Assembly: GCA_963666425.2 (NCBI GenBank)
Contig: OY762825.2
Span: 640,001-704,000, forward strand
DNA: 64,000 bases
Direction: 5' to 3'
Source: Bacillota bacterium
GTDB lineage: Bacteria; Bacillota; JAAYKD01
This document shows, in pieces, positions 9,813-19,841 of this stretch. How positions within the stretch are numbered: position 1 is the first letter of the stretch; each line of letters starts with the position of its first letter. The position numbers were made by a program, and so were the translations under genes. The notes beneath the pieces were generated by a model. The model searched no databases. It was not told where the DNA came from and saw only the letters and a list, made by a program, of their open reading frames with translations.

Positions 9813-9875
9813 CCTCTCCCTGATCAGGTTTCGATCTGTCTATTAAAAAAGATGAATGAGAAGGAGTGTTTTCTG

Positions 9876-10127
9876 ATGACATTTAAAGCTTCCCTAAACA
9901 TTACACTGCGCCCCAGCATTTTGGATCCGCAAGGTTCTGCTGTCTTGAATTCCTTACGCAGCCTGCATTACAGCGATGTCAAATCGGTGCGGATCGGCAA
10001 ATTTATGGAGGTTGTGGTAGAAGCAGCCGATGCTGCCGCGGCCGAAGCAATGATCCGCCAGCTCTGCAGCATTCTCCTGACAAACCCGGTAATGGAAGAT
10101 TATACACTGACCCTGACGGAGGTATAA
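9876..10127 (+). CDS. purS: FGAM synthase subunit PurS
   Basis: LDPQG, VRIGK, LLTNPVME; ATG after AAGGAG. Confidence 0.95.
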   Translation: MTFKASLNITLRPSILDPQGSAVLNSLRSLHYSDVKSVRIGKFMEVVVEAADAAAAEAMIRQLCSILLTNPVMEDYTLTLTEV

Positions 10128-10130
10128 ATC

Positions 10131-10829
10131 ATGAAATTCGCTGTGATCCTCTTTCCCGGTTCCAACTGTGAGGTTGATTGTGTGCACGTGATCAAAGAAG
10201 TGCTGCAGGAACCGGTTACCACTGTCTGGCATAAAGAATCCGATTTATCCGCTTACGACGCGGTAATTCTGCCGGGCGGGTTTTCCTATGGCGATTATCT
10301 GCGCTGCGGCGCCATCGCCCGTTTTTCACCGATCATGGATGCCGTGATTGCCCATGCCAAAGCCGGCAAACCGCTGCTGGGTATCTGCAATGGTTTTCAG
10401 ATTTTAACCGAATGTGGTTTGTTGCCCGGTGCTTTATTGAGAAACCCCAGTCTGCAGTTTATTTGTGAAGACCGCTGGCTGCGCGTGGAAAACAATCAGA
10501 CACAGTTCACCCGACTCTATCAGGATCAACAAGTGATCCGCATCCCCATCGCGCACGCGGAAGGCAATTATTTTGCGGATCCCGACACGATTGCCCGCCT
10601 GGAAGATCGGCAGCAAATCGTTTTTCGCTACTGCGACGCAAACGGTGCGCTTACGGCAGAAGCGAATCCCAATGGATCGCTTCATCATATCGCCGGGATC
10701 GTCAATGAAGCCGGCAATGTGCTGGGCATGATGCCGCATCCGGAACGTCTGTCGGAAAAAATCCTGGGCGGCGACGACGGTCTGCTGCTGTTTGAATCGA
10801 TGCTGAAAACCTGGAGGGAACGTCAATGA
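10131..10829 (+). CDS. purQ: FGAM synthase glutaminase subunit PurQ
   Basis: [32 protein letters not shown]. Confidence 0.97.
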   Translation: MKFAVILFPGSNCEVDCVHVIKEVLQEPVTTVWHKESDLSAYDAVILPGGFSYGDYLRCGAIARFSPIMDAVIAHAKAGKPLLGICNGFQILTECGLLPGALLRNPSLQFICEDRWLRVENNQTQFTRLYQDQQVIRIPIAHAEGNYFADPDTIARLEDRQQIVFRYCDANGALTAEANPNGSLHHIAGIVNEAGNVLGMMPHPERLSEKILGGDDGLLLFESMLKTWRERQ

Positions 10830-13039
10830 GTAGCAAACAAGCAACCTGGCGGGAAATGGGTCTGTCTCAAAGTGAATATGATAAAATTCTGCAAATCATG
10901 CAGCGGGAGCCTACTTACCCCGAACTTGGCATGTTTTCTGCCATGTGGAGTGAACATTGCTCTTATAAAACCTCCAAGAACACGCTGCGTCTCTTCCCTA
11001 CCACCGGAAAACGCATTCTGCAGGGCCCTGGTGAAAATGCCGGCGTGATCGACATCGGTGACAATCAGGCGATTGCTTTTAAAGTGGAAAGTCATAACCA
11101 TCCTTCCGCGATCGAACCGTTTCAGGGGGCTGCCACCGGTGTGGGCGGCATCATCCGCGATATCTTCACCATGGGTGCCCGTCCGATCGCTTGCCTGGAC
11201 TCGCTGCGTTTCGGTGATTTAAGCAATGCGCGGGTGCGTTATCTGGTCAATGGTGTGGTGGACGGCATTGCCGCTTATGGCAACTGTATGGGGATTCCGA
11301 CTGTTGCCGGCGAAACCGGTTTTCATTCCTCGTACAATGGCAATCCGTTGGTCAATGCCATGTGCGTCGGTATCATCGAAGACGGCCGCATCCATAAAGG
11401 CCTTGCCTCCGGTGTGGGCAATCCGGTCATGGCGGTCGGTGCCCGTACCGGGCGCGACGGCATTCATGGCGCCACTTTTGCTTCCGTAGAATTGAGCGCC
11501 GAATCGGAAAGCAGACGGCCGGCGGTGCAGTGCGGCGATCCTTTCATGGAAAAGCTGCTGTTGGAAGCCTGTTTAGAATTGATGCAGACCGATGCCGTGA
11601 TCGGAATTCAGGATATGGGCGCGGCGGGACTCACCTCCTCCAGCTGTGAAATGGCCGGGCGCGGCGGCTGCGGCATCGATTTTGATGTCACTTTGGTTCC
11701 CCAGCGTGAAACCGGAATGACCCCCTATGAAATTCTGCTTTCTGAATCGCAGGAACGCATGGTTGTGGTGGTAGAAAAAGGACGCGAAGCAGAAGTAACC
11801 GCCATTTTTGATAAATGGGGCTTGGAAGCGGCTGTGATCGGCCATGTCACCGATGATCATTATGTTACTGTGCGGGAAAACGGCAACATCGTCGTGCATA
11901 TTCCAACCAGCGCCTTAACCGATGAAGCACCGCTCTACAATAACGAAGCCAAACGCCCCGCTTATCTGGATGAAAAGCAAGCTTTCGATCCGATGAGCCT
12001 CGCCGAACCAACCGACCCGAATCAAGTGCTGCGTCAGCTGCTGGCTTCGCCCAATATTTGCTCCAAGGAATGGGTTTACCGTCATTACGATCATATGGTC
12101 CGCACTTCGACCGTGATTCGCCCCGGCAGTGATGCCGCTGTGCTGCGCATCAAAGGGACACAAAAGGGCCTGGCCATGACGATTGACTGCAACAGCCGTT
12201 ACGTCTATCTGGATCCCCTGACCGGTGGGAAAATCGCCGTCGCCGAAGCGGCCCGCAATCTGGTCTGCAGCGGCGCCGAGCCTTTGGCTATCACCAATTG
12301 TTTGAATTTTGGCAACCCGGAAAAACCGGAAGTCTTTTATACCTTCCAGCAGGCTGTCACCGGCATGGCCGAAGCCTGCCGGGTGCTCGATACGCCGGTA
12401 ACCGGCGGCAATGTTTCTTTTTATAATGAAAATCAGCATGGCGCTGTTTACCCGACCCCAACCGTCGGTATGATCGGCCTACTGAAAAACATCGATCATG
12501 CCACCAGGCAGGGATTCCCATCAGCTGGTGAAACGATTTATCTGGTGGGTGAAAGCAAAAACGAATTGGGAGGCAGCGAGTATCTGGCGCAGATTCATCA
12601 GATCGAAGCCGGCATGCCGCCCAGCATTGATTTGGAGCGGGAAGTCGGCGTGCAGCATTTGGTGCTGACGGCGATCCAAAACGGTCTGGTCAGCTCCGCG
12701 CATGACTGCTCAGAAGGCGGTTTGGCGGTCGCCTTGGCAGAAATGGCCATCGCCGGCCAACTGGGTGCCATGGTGAAACTGCCAGGTACGCTGCGCAGCG
12801 ACGCCGCTCTCTTCAGCGAAAGCCAGTCCCGCATTCTGGTTACGGTGCCTCAGCAGGCCGCTGCCGCCTGGCAGGCGCTGACGGCTGCCGGCAAGGTGCC
12901 GATCCAGGCTCTGGGTGTCTCGGGCGGTGATCGCCTGGAAATCAGCCATAACGGCAAGACCCTGATTCAACTGCCTCTCAATGAAATCACAACCCTTTGG
13001 AAGGAGGCTCTTCCTTGCGCATTGATGACTACGAAATAA
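10826..13039 (+). CDS. purL: FGAM synthase subunit PurL (small form)
   Basis: [30 protein letters not shown]. Confidence 0.97.
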   Translation: MSSKQATWREMGLSQSEYDKILQIMQREPTYPELGMFSAMWSEHCSYKTSKNTLRLFPTTGKRILQGPGENAGVIDIGDNQAIAFKVESHNHPSAIEPFQGAATGVGGIIRDIFTMGARPIACLDSLRFGDLSNARVRYLVNGVVDGIAAYGNCMGIPTVAGETGFHSSYNGNPLVNAMCVGIIEDGRIHKGLASGVGNPVMAVGARTGRDGIHGATFASVELSAESESRRPAVQCGDPFMEKLLLEACLELMQTDAVIGIQDMGAAGLTSSSCEMAGRGGCGIDFDVTLVPQRETGMTPYEILLSESQERMVVVVEKGREAEVTAIFDKWGLEAAVIGHVTDDHYVTVRENGNIVVHIPTSALTDEAPLYNNEAKRPAYLDEKQAFDPMSLAEPTDPNQVLRQLLASPNICSKEWVYRHYDHMVRTSTVIRPGSDAAVLRIKGTQKGLAMTIDCNSRYVYLDPLTGGKIAVAEAARNLVCSGAEPLAITNCLNFGNPEKPEVFYTFQQAVTGMAEACRVLDTPVTGGNVSFYNENQHGAVYPTPTVGMIGLLKNIDHATRQGFPSAGETIYLVGESKNELGGSEYLAQIHQIEAGMPPSIDLEREVGVQHLVLTAIQNGLVSSAHDCSEGGLAVALAEMAIAGQLGAMVKLPGTLRSDAALFSESQSRILVTVPQQAAAAWQALTAAGKVPIQALGVSGGDRLEISHNGKTLIQLPLNEITTLWKEALPCALMTTK

Positions 13040-14487
13040 TCTCAAGCGACTCTGCCCGGCAAGATCCGTCTGACACGCTTGAAGCGGCGGATCGGCCGGA
13101 AGAAGCCTGCGGTGTTTTCGGGATTTGGGCTCCCGGTGAACCGGTCGCTTTGCATACCTATTATGCACTGATCTCCCTGCAGCACCGCGGTCAGGAAAGC
13201 GCCGGCATCATTGTTGCTAATCAGGATGGCTTGAGCATCCATAAAGGCATGGGTTTGGTGACCGATGTCTTTGAAAATTCCAGTTTCCTCTCCCAGCCGG
13301 GTTTTGCCGCTCTGGGACATGTACGCTATTCCACCACCGGCGGTTCCAGTTTTTTGAATTCTCAGCCTCTGCTGATCCGCTACAAAGGCGGCCAACTGGC
13401 GCTGGCGCATAACGGCAATCTGGTCAATGCCGCCGAACTGCGGGAAGAATTGGAACAGAAAGGTTCGATCTTCCAATCTACCATTGACAGCGAAGTGTTT
13501 GCGCATCTGATTGCCCGCAGCGGTTTCGCCGCGCCGGAAACGGCGCTGTCGGAAGCGGTGCAGCGCATCCGCGGCGGTTACGCAATCATCTTCCTGACAG
13601 AAAACAAACTGATCGCCATGCGGGATCCCAATGGGATTCGTCCCCTGTCTTTGGGCAAATTGGGAGAAAATTACGTTGTCGCTTCGGAAAGCTGTGCCTT
13701 TGATACCATCGGAGCCACTTTCCTGCGGGAAATCGAACCGGGCGAAGGCATTACAATTGATCACAGCGGTTTACACAGCTTCCGTGCCGCACCGGCCGGA
13801 CGGCATAATCTTTGCGCTTTTGAGTATATCTATTTTGCCCGTCCGGACAGTACCATGTATGGCAATAATATTCACACCATCCGCAAGCTGTTGGGTAAAG
13901 CGTTAGCCAAGGAAGCGCCGGTCGAAGCCGATCTGGTCACCGGTGTGCCGGACAGTTCGATTTCCGCCGCCATCGGCTATGCGGAAGCCAGCGGTATTCC
14001 CTATGAAATGGCGCTGATCAAGAATCGCTATATGGGCCGCACCTTTATCAAACCGACGCAGGAAATGCGCCAAACGGCGGTGCGCTTGAAACTCAACCCG
14101 GTGCGCAGCATTGTGGAAGGCAAACGAGTTTTGCTGGTGGATGATTCGATCGTGCGCGGCACAACCACGACTTACATCATCAAACTGCTGAAGGAAGTGG
14201 GAGCCAAAGAGGTACACGTGCGCATCTCTTCACCGCCTTATCGCTTCCCCTGCTATTTTGGCATTGATACCTCTTCCCGCGGCGAATTGATTGCTGCCAA
14301 TAACACGGTAGCCGAAACCTGCAAAATCATCGGCGCCGACAGTTTACACTATTTATCGCAGAACTCCCTAACGCGCATCTTGGCGGAACGCGGCGTGCAG
14401 CTCTGTGAAGCCTGTTTTGACGGCGATTATCCGGTGCGTTTGAGCAATAACCCCTTAGGCAAGTCAGCACTTGAACGGAGGAAATAG
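13015..14487 (+). CDS. purF: Amidophosphoribosyltransferase
   Basis: [29 protein letters not shown], Fe-S cysteines (CAFE, CYFG, CEAC); TTG after AAGGAGG. Confidence 0.97.
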   Translation: MRIDDYEIISSDSARQDPSDTLEAADRPEEACGVFGIWAPGEPVALHTYYALISLQHRGQESAGIIVANQDGLSIHKGMGLVTDVFENSSFLSQPGFAALGHVRYSTTGGSSFLNSQPLLIRYKGGQLALAHNGNLVNAAELREELEQKGSIFQSTIDSEVFAHLIARSGFAAPETALSEAVQRIRGGYAIIFLTENKLIAMRDPNGIRPLSLGKLGENYVVASESCAFDTIGATFLREIEPGEGITIDHSGLHSFRAAPAGRHNLCAFEYIYFARPDSTMYGNNIHTIRKLLGKALAKEAPVEADLVTGVPDSSISAAIGYAEASGIPYEMALIKNRYMGRTFIKPTQEMRQTAVRLKLNPVRSIVEGKRVLLVDDSIVRGTTTTYIIKLLKEVGAKEVHVRISSPPYRFPCYFGIDTSSRGELIAANNTVAETCKIIGADSLHYLSQNSLTRILAERGVQLCEACFDGDYPVRLSNNPLGKSALERRK

Positions 14488-14488
14488 C

Positions 14489-15535
14489 ATGTCTGAAGAA
14501 AAAAAATCGATGAGTTATGCCGATGCCGGGGTGGATGTCGATGCCGGCAACCGTGCTGTGGCTCTGATGAAAGACAAAGTGAAATCAACCTACCGCCCGG
14601 AAGTGTTGGGTGATTTGGGCGGCTTTGCCGGCTGTTTCCGTTTACCCAAACGTCCCATGCTGGAACCGGTTCTGTTGGCCGGCACCGATGGCGTTGGTAC
14701 CAAATTGAAATTGGCTTTCCAAACCGGCCTGCATCAGACGGTCGGTCAGGATCTGGTTGCCATGTGCGTCAACGATATTCTGGTCCAAGGCGCGGAACCG
14801 CTTTTCTTCCTCGATTATCTGGCCTGCGGCAAATTGATCCCGGAACAGGTCGCAACCATCGTCGGCGGCATTGCGGATGGCTGCAAGCTGGCCGGCTGCT
14901 CGCTGATTGGCGGAGAAACTGCGGAAATGCCTGGCTTTTATCAAACCGGCGAATATGATTTGGCTGGCTTTGCGGTTGGTATAGCCGATGCAGCCAAACT
15001 GATCAATGGCAAAGAGATCACAGCCGGTGACGTGATCATCGGTCTGGCCTCCAGTGGGGTACATTCCAATGGTTTTTCTCTGGTTCGCCACATCATCGAA
15101 GCCTCCGGTATTGATTTGCAGGAAAAAGCGGCCTGGAGCGATCACCCTTTAGGTGAGACGTTGCTGACTCCGACGAAAATCTATGTCAAAACCATTCTGC
15201 CCTTGCTGGAGAAGCTGACCATCAAAGGCATGGTGCACATCACAGGCGGCGGTTTCATCGAAAATGTGCCGCGCGTGCTGCCGGAGACTTGCGATGCAGT
15301 TTTTCAATTGGGTTCCTGGCCGGTGCTGCCTGTTTTCGAGTGGCTGCAGCAGCAAGGCAATGTCACTTTTCATGAAATGTACCGAACCTTCAACATGGGC
15401 ATCGGTTATATGATTTTTGCCGCACCCGATCAGGCGGAATTAATCCTGGCAGAGCTGCAGGCGTCCGGAGAAACAGCTTACCGCATCGGTCAGGTGGAAA
15501 CAGGCAGCGGCCTGGTGCGCTTTACGGAGGCTTAA
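14489..15535 (+). CDS. purM: AIR synthetase
   Basis: YADAGVD, TDGVGTK, GGETAEMP, HITGGG, FNMGIG. Confidence 0.97.
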   Translation: MSEEKKSMSYADAGVDVDAGNRAVALMKDKVKSTYRPEVLGDLGGFAGCFRLPKRPMLEPVLLAGTDGVGTKLKLAFQTGLHQTVGQDLVAMCVNDILVQGAEPLFFLDYLACGKLIPEQVATIVGGIADGCKLAGCSLIGGETAEMPGFYQTGEYDLAGFAVGIADAAKLINGKEITAGDVIIGLASSGVHSNGFSLVRHIIEASGIDLQEKAAWSDHPLGETLLTPTKIYVKTILPLLEKLTIKGMVHITGGGFIENVPRVLPETCDAVFQLGSWPVLPVFEWLQQQGNVTFHEMYRTFNMGIGYMIFAAPDQAELILAELQASGETAYRIGQVETGSGLVRFTEA

Positions 15536-15536
15536 G

Positions 15537-16166
15537 ATGCGACATTTAAAAATCGCCGCCTTTGTTTCCGGTTCCGGCCGCAATCTGCAGAGTATCTTGG
15601 ATGCCATCCGGGACGGGCGGCTGGATGCCGAAGTCTCGCTGGTAATTGCCAGCCGGCCGCAGATTGCGGCGATTGAACGGGCAGAACGTTATCAAATTCC
15701 TGTTCTGGTGATTTCCCGCAAACAATACGGTAAAGATATTGCCGGGTTCAGCCAGACCATTGCTCAGGCGCTGCAGCCGTATGGCGTCGATCTGATTCTG
15801 CTTTGCGGTTTTCTCTCTTTTCTCAGCCCGGAGTTCTGCAGCAGCTACAAAGAACGGATCCTGAATATCCATCCTTCTCTGCTGCCGGCCTTCGGCGGTA
15901 AGGGAGCTTACGGGGCCAATGTGCACCAAATGGTGCTAGAGTACGGCGCAAAAATCAGCGGCTGCACCGTGATGTTTGTCGATGCAGGCGAGGACAGCGG
16001 CCCAATCATTCTGCAAAAGTCAGTCCCTGTTTTGGATACGGATACGGCGGAGACGCTGGAAGCACGAGTGATGCAGGCGGAGCAGGCAGCTTATCCCGAG
16101 GCAGTCCGCCTTTTCGGTGAAGGACGCCTGCAGGTCGTAGGGCGGCGTGTCTTGATTGAAAACTAG
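15537..16166 (+). CDS. purN: GAR transformylase
   Basis: SGSGRNLQ, LNIHPSLLP, DSGPII. Confidence 0.96.
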   Translation: MRHLKIAAFVSGSGRNLQSILDAIRDGRLDAEVSLVIASRPQIAAIERAERYQIPVLVISRKQYGKDIAGFSQTIAQALQPYGVDLILLCGFLSFLSPEFCSSYKERILNIHPSLLPAFGGKGAYGANVHQMVLEYGAKISGCTVMFVDAGEDSGPIILQKSVPVLDTDTAETLEARVMQAEQAAYPEAVRLFGEGRLQVVGRRVLIEN

Positions 16167-16217
16167 CGATTCCACAGCTTTTTTCATTGCAACAAAAAAT
16201 GAGAGGAAGTCTTTTTT

Positions 16218-17777
16218 ATGGCAATCAAACGTGCCTTATTGAGCGTATCCGACAAAACCGGTTTAGTTGAGCTGGCTCAAGTCCTGCATACGCTGGGTGT
16301 AGAACTCGTTTCCACCGGTGGGACTGCCAAAGTACTGGCTGCTGCCGGTCTGCCGGTTCGCCCGATTGATGATCTCACCGGTTTTCCGGAAATGATGGAT
16401 GGCAGGGTCAAGACCTTGCATCCGCGCGTCCATGGCGGTCTTTTGAACCGCAGAGACAATCCTGCCGATCGTCAAGCCATGCAGGAAAACGGTATTGTCG
16501 ATATCGATCTGGTGGTTGTCAATCTTTATCCCTTCCTGCAGACGGTCAGCAAACCCGGAGTTACCTGGGCGGAAGCCATTGAAAATATCGATATCGGCGG
16601 ACCTTCCATGGTCCGCAGCGCGGCCAAAAACCACGCTTTCGTGACCATTGTGGTTGACCCTGCCGATTATGGCGCCCTGATCCTCGCTTTGCAGCAAAAC
16701 GGCGATACCACCGCAGAACAGCGCAAAGCGTATGCGCTGAAGGCTTTCCGTCATACGGCAGCCTATGACAGCGTTATTTCCAACTGGATCGGCAACACCT
16801 TGGGTGAAGGCGTGCTGTCTTTCCCCAGCGAAATGGCGTTTGCCGCCGAATATCAGCAGGCGCTGCGCTACGGTGAGAACCCGCATCAAAAAGCGGCTCT
16901 TTACCGGCAGCCGCTCTATCAGGGCGCCAGTATTCTGAAAGCAAAACAGTTACAGGGTAAGGAGCTGTCCTTTAATAATTTAAATGACAGCAATGCGGCT
17001 TTGGAGCTGATTCTGGAATTAAAAGCCGGACCGGCAGCCATTGCGCTGAAACATGCCACTCCCTGCGGTGCCGCTTATGGTCAAACACTCGCCGAGGCGT
17101 TTCAGCATTGTTATGATGCCGACCCGGTCTCCATCTTTGGCGGTATCGTTGCCTTAAACCAAACGGTCGATCAAGCGACGGCCAAACTGCTGGCCAAGGT
17201 TTTCCTGGAAGTGATCATCGCTCCTGATTTTGAACCGGCTGCCCTCCAAATTTTAGCCAAAAAGCCTAACTTACGCCTGCTCGTTTTGGGTGATGATTTC
17301 CAGAAACCCGCATCCGACGCGGAATATACCATGAAACAGATTCGTGGCGGTTATCTCTTCCAATCGGCTGATCAAATGCCGATCGATGCTTCCACCTGGC
17401 AGCTTGCCTGCGGGACTGCGCCGACCGCAGCGCAAATCGAAGACTTGAGTCTAGCCTGGACAGTAGTCAAACACACCCGTTCGAATGCCATTGTCGTGGT
17501 CAAAGACGGCATGACGCTGGGTATTGGCGGCGGACAGGTCAATCGGATTGATGCCGCCCGTCATGCGATAAAAATGGCAGGCAGCCGCTGTCAGGGAGCT
17601 GCTTTGGCTTCCGATGCTTTCTTCCCGTTTACCGATAGTATCGAAGCCGCCACAGCAGGCGGTATCGCCATTGTGATTGAACCGGCCGGCGCCCAGCATC
17701 AAGCTGAGGTGATCGAAGCAGCTGCCCAAGCCGGTATTACCGTGATGCTGGCCCCAGAGCGTCACTTCCGTCATTAA
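16218..17777 (+). CDS. purH: Bifunctional AICAR transformylase / IMP cyclohydrolase
   Basis: ALLSVSDK, GRVKTLHP, IDIGGP, RYGENPHQ, KHATPCG, ASDAFFPF, RHFRH. Confidence 0.96.
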   Translation: MAIKRALLSVSDKTGLVELAQVLHTLGVELVSTGGTAKVLAAAGLPVRPIDDLTGFPEMMDGRVKTLHPRVHGGLLNRRDNPADRQAMQENGIVDIDLVVVNLYPFLQTVSKPGVTWAEAIENIDIGGPSMVRSAAKNHAFVTIVVDPADYGALILALQQNGDTTAEQRKAYALKAFRHTAAYDSVISNWIGNTLGEGVLSFPSEMAFAAEYQQALRYGENPHQKAALYRQPLYQGASILKAKQLQGKELSFNNLNDSNAALELILELKAGPAAIALKHATPCGAAYGQTLAEAFQHCYDADPVSIFGGIVALNQTVDQATAKLLAKVFLEVIIAPDFEPAALQILAKKPNLRLLVLGDDFQKPASDAEYTMKQIRGGYLFQSADQMPIDASTWQLACGTAPTAAQIEDLSLAWTVVKHTRSNAIVVVKDGMTLGIGGGQVNRIDAARHAIKMAGSRCQGAALASDAFFPFTDSIEAATAGGIAIVIEPAGAQHQAEVIEAAAQAGITVMLAPERHFRH

Positions 17778-17791
17778 AGGGAGATTCTATT

Positions 17792-19063
17792 ATGAAGATT
17801 TTAGTCATCGGGAGCGGCGGACGTGAGCATGCGCTGTGCTGGAAAATTGCGCAATCTCCCCTCTGCAGTAAACTCTACTGCGCACCGGGCAACGCCGGAA
17901 TTGCCCAGATTGCCGAACTGCTGCCTATCGCCGCCAGCGACGGTGCCGCGATCTGCAAAGCAGCGCTCGACTTGCAGATCGATCTGACCGTAATCGGACC
18001 GGATGACTGTCTGGCGGACGGTTTGACCGATCGCTTGCAGGCTGCCGGTCTGACGGTATTCGGTCCCAGCCAAGCTGCCGCCGAATTGGAGTGGTCCAAA
18101 GGCTTTGCCAAAAGCTTTATGCAGCGCCATCAGATCCCGACAGCCCGCTGGGCTGCGTTCGATCAGGAAGAGGCTGCCTTGACTTATCTGGAAAAATCCG
18201 AACTGCCGATCGTGATCAAAGCGGATGGCTTAGCCTTAGGTAAAGGCGTGATCATTGCGCAGGATTATTCGGAAGCGGTTTCTGCCGTGCATCAGATGAT
18301 GTCGGAAGATGTTTTCGGCAGCTCGGGACAGACCATTGTGATTGAAGAATTCCTGCATGGCCGGGAAATTTCGGTCTTAAGTTTTTGCGATGGCATCCAT
18401 GTGCGCTGTATGCTGCCTGCCGAAGACCATAAACAGGTTTTTGATCATGATCTCGGCCCCAATACGGGTGGCATGGGCGTCGTAGCGCCGCCTGACTTTG
18501 TTTCAGCTGCCTTGATGCAGCAAATCGAACGGCACCTCATGCAGCCGGTGCTCGACGGAATGGCTGCCGAAGGCAAACCGTTCTCTGGTATTCTTTTCGC
18601 CGGTATTATGCTGACGGAACAGGGTCCCAAAGTATTGGAATACAATGCTCGTTTCGGAGATCCGGAAACACAAAGCCTGATGCTGATGCTGCAGTCCGAC
18701 CTGGTGCCAATTTTGCTGGCCTGCTGCCGGCAGACGTTAGCAAAGACAGAGATTCGATGGTATCCCGGGGCTGCTGCCTGCGTGGTGCTGGCTTCCGGCG
18801 GCTATCCCGTGCATTATGAGAAAGGTTATCCCATCACAGGTTTGGATCAATTGCCCAGCGATTTGGTCGCTTTTCATGCCGGCACAAAAAAGCTGGATGG
18901 ACAATGGCTGACCAACGGTGGACGCGTCCTGGGTCTCAGCTCCCGTGGGCTTACTCTGAACGATGCTTTAGAAAAAGTTTATGCTGCCTGCGCTGTCGTG
19001 GATTTTGCCAAGAAACACTACCGCAAAGACATCGGCCGCAGGGATCAGGCTGAATCAGAATAA
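17792..19063 (+). CDS. purD: GAR synthetase
   Basis: GSGGREHA, KADGLALGKGV, GPNTGGMG, RFGDPE. Confidence 0.97.
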   Translation: MKILVIGSGGREHALCWKIAQSPLCSKLYCAPGNAGIAQIAELLPIAASDGAAICKAALDLQIDLTVIGPDDCLADGLTDRLQAAGLTVFGPSQAAAELEWSKGFAKSFMQRHQIPTARWAAFDQEEAALTYLEKSELPIVIKADGLALGKGVIIAQDYSEAVSAVHQMMSEDVFGSSGQTIVIEEFLHGREISVLSFCDGIHVRCMLPAEDHKQVFDHDLGPNTGGMGVVAPPDFVSAALMQQIERHLMQPVLDGMAAEGKPFSGILFAGIMLTEQGPKVLEYNARFGDPETQSLMLMLQSDLVPILLACCRQTLAKTEIRWYPGAAACVVLASGGYPVHYEKGYPITGLDQLPSDLVAFHAGTKKLDGQWLTNGGRVLGLSSRGLTLNDALEKVYAACAVVDFAKKHYRKDIGRRDQAESE

Positions 19064-19069
19064 AATACG

Positions 19070-19109
19070 ACAGATGCTGACCTTTCATGGTTTGCATCTG
19101 TTTTATTTT
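19070..19109 (+). terminator. Terminator of pur operon
   Basis: ACAGATGC..ACC...GGT..GCATCTGT followed by T-rich run. Confidence 0.65.
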
Positions 19110-19130
19110 GCATATTTTCCGCTAAAAAAA

Positions 19131-19160
19131 GAAGGAAACTGATTTCAGCACATAGAATAA
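19131..19160 (+). promoter_or_regulatory. SigH-like promoter for lemA
   Basis: GAAGGAAAC-N12-ATAGAATAA. Confidence 0.5.
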
Positions 19161-19207
19161 GGTAAAGGATTCCATAGAATCGTTGAAATAAAAAGGAGGA
19201 CACTGTT

Positions 19208-19756
19208 ATGTTTTTCTATGTCATTGGCGCACTCGCTATCATAGCTATCTTGCTTTATATTGTTAACTATAACGGATTCATCTCTTTGCGCAACAAGTTG
19301 GATGAAGCCTATGCTACCATGGATGTCTACCTGAAAAAGCGTTATGACCTGATTCCCAATTTGGTCGAAACCGTCAAAGGGTATGCCGCTCATGAAAAAG
19401 ACACGCTGGAAAATGTGATCAAGGCCCGCAATATGGCATTGGCATCACAAGGTCCGGAACAAAAACAAGCCAATGAAACCGCTTTTGCCGGCAGTTTAAA
19501 ATCACTTTTTGCCTTATCCGAGAATTATCCGGAATTGAAAGCGGATGCCGGTTTCCGTCAATTATCCGATCAGCTGATGAATTTGGAGAACGAGATCTCT
19601 CAAGCCCGCAAATATTATAACGCGGTGGTTAAAACCTTTAACAGTCAAATCGCCATGTTCCCCGGCAATATTGTAGCCAACATGATGAATTTGACTCCCT
19701 ACGAGTATTTTATGGCAGAAAGCAGTGAACGCGAGAACGTCCAGGTTAAATTCTAA
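19208..19756 (+). CDS. lemA: LemA family protein
   Basis: N-terminal TM, KRYDLIPNLVETVKGYAAHE, ENYPELKA, ARKYYN, FPGNI. Confidence 0.93.
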   Translation: MFFYVIGALAIIAILLYIVNYNGFISLRNKLDEAYATMDVYLKKRYDLIPNLVETVKGYAAHEKDTLENVIKARNMALASQGPEQKQANETAFAGSLKSLFALSENYPELKADAGFRQLSDQLMNLENEISQARKYYNAVVKTFNSQIAMFPGNIVANMMNLTPYEYFMAESSERENVQVKF

Positions 19757-19841
19757 AGATACCAATCAAACGGCTGCTTCGAAATTTCCGGTCGGACCGG
19801 TTGTTTTGAGGCAGCTTTTCTTACAGAGAAAGGATCATCTG

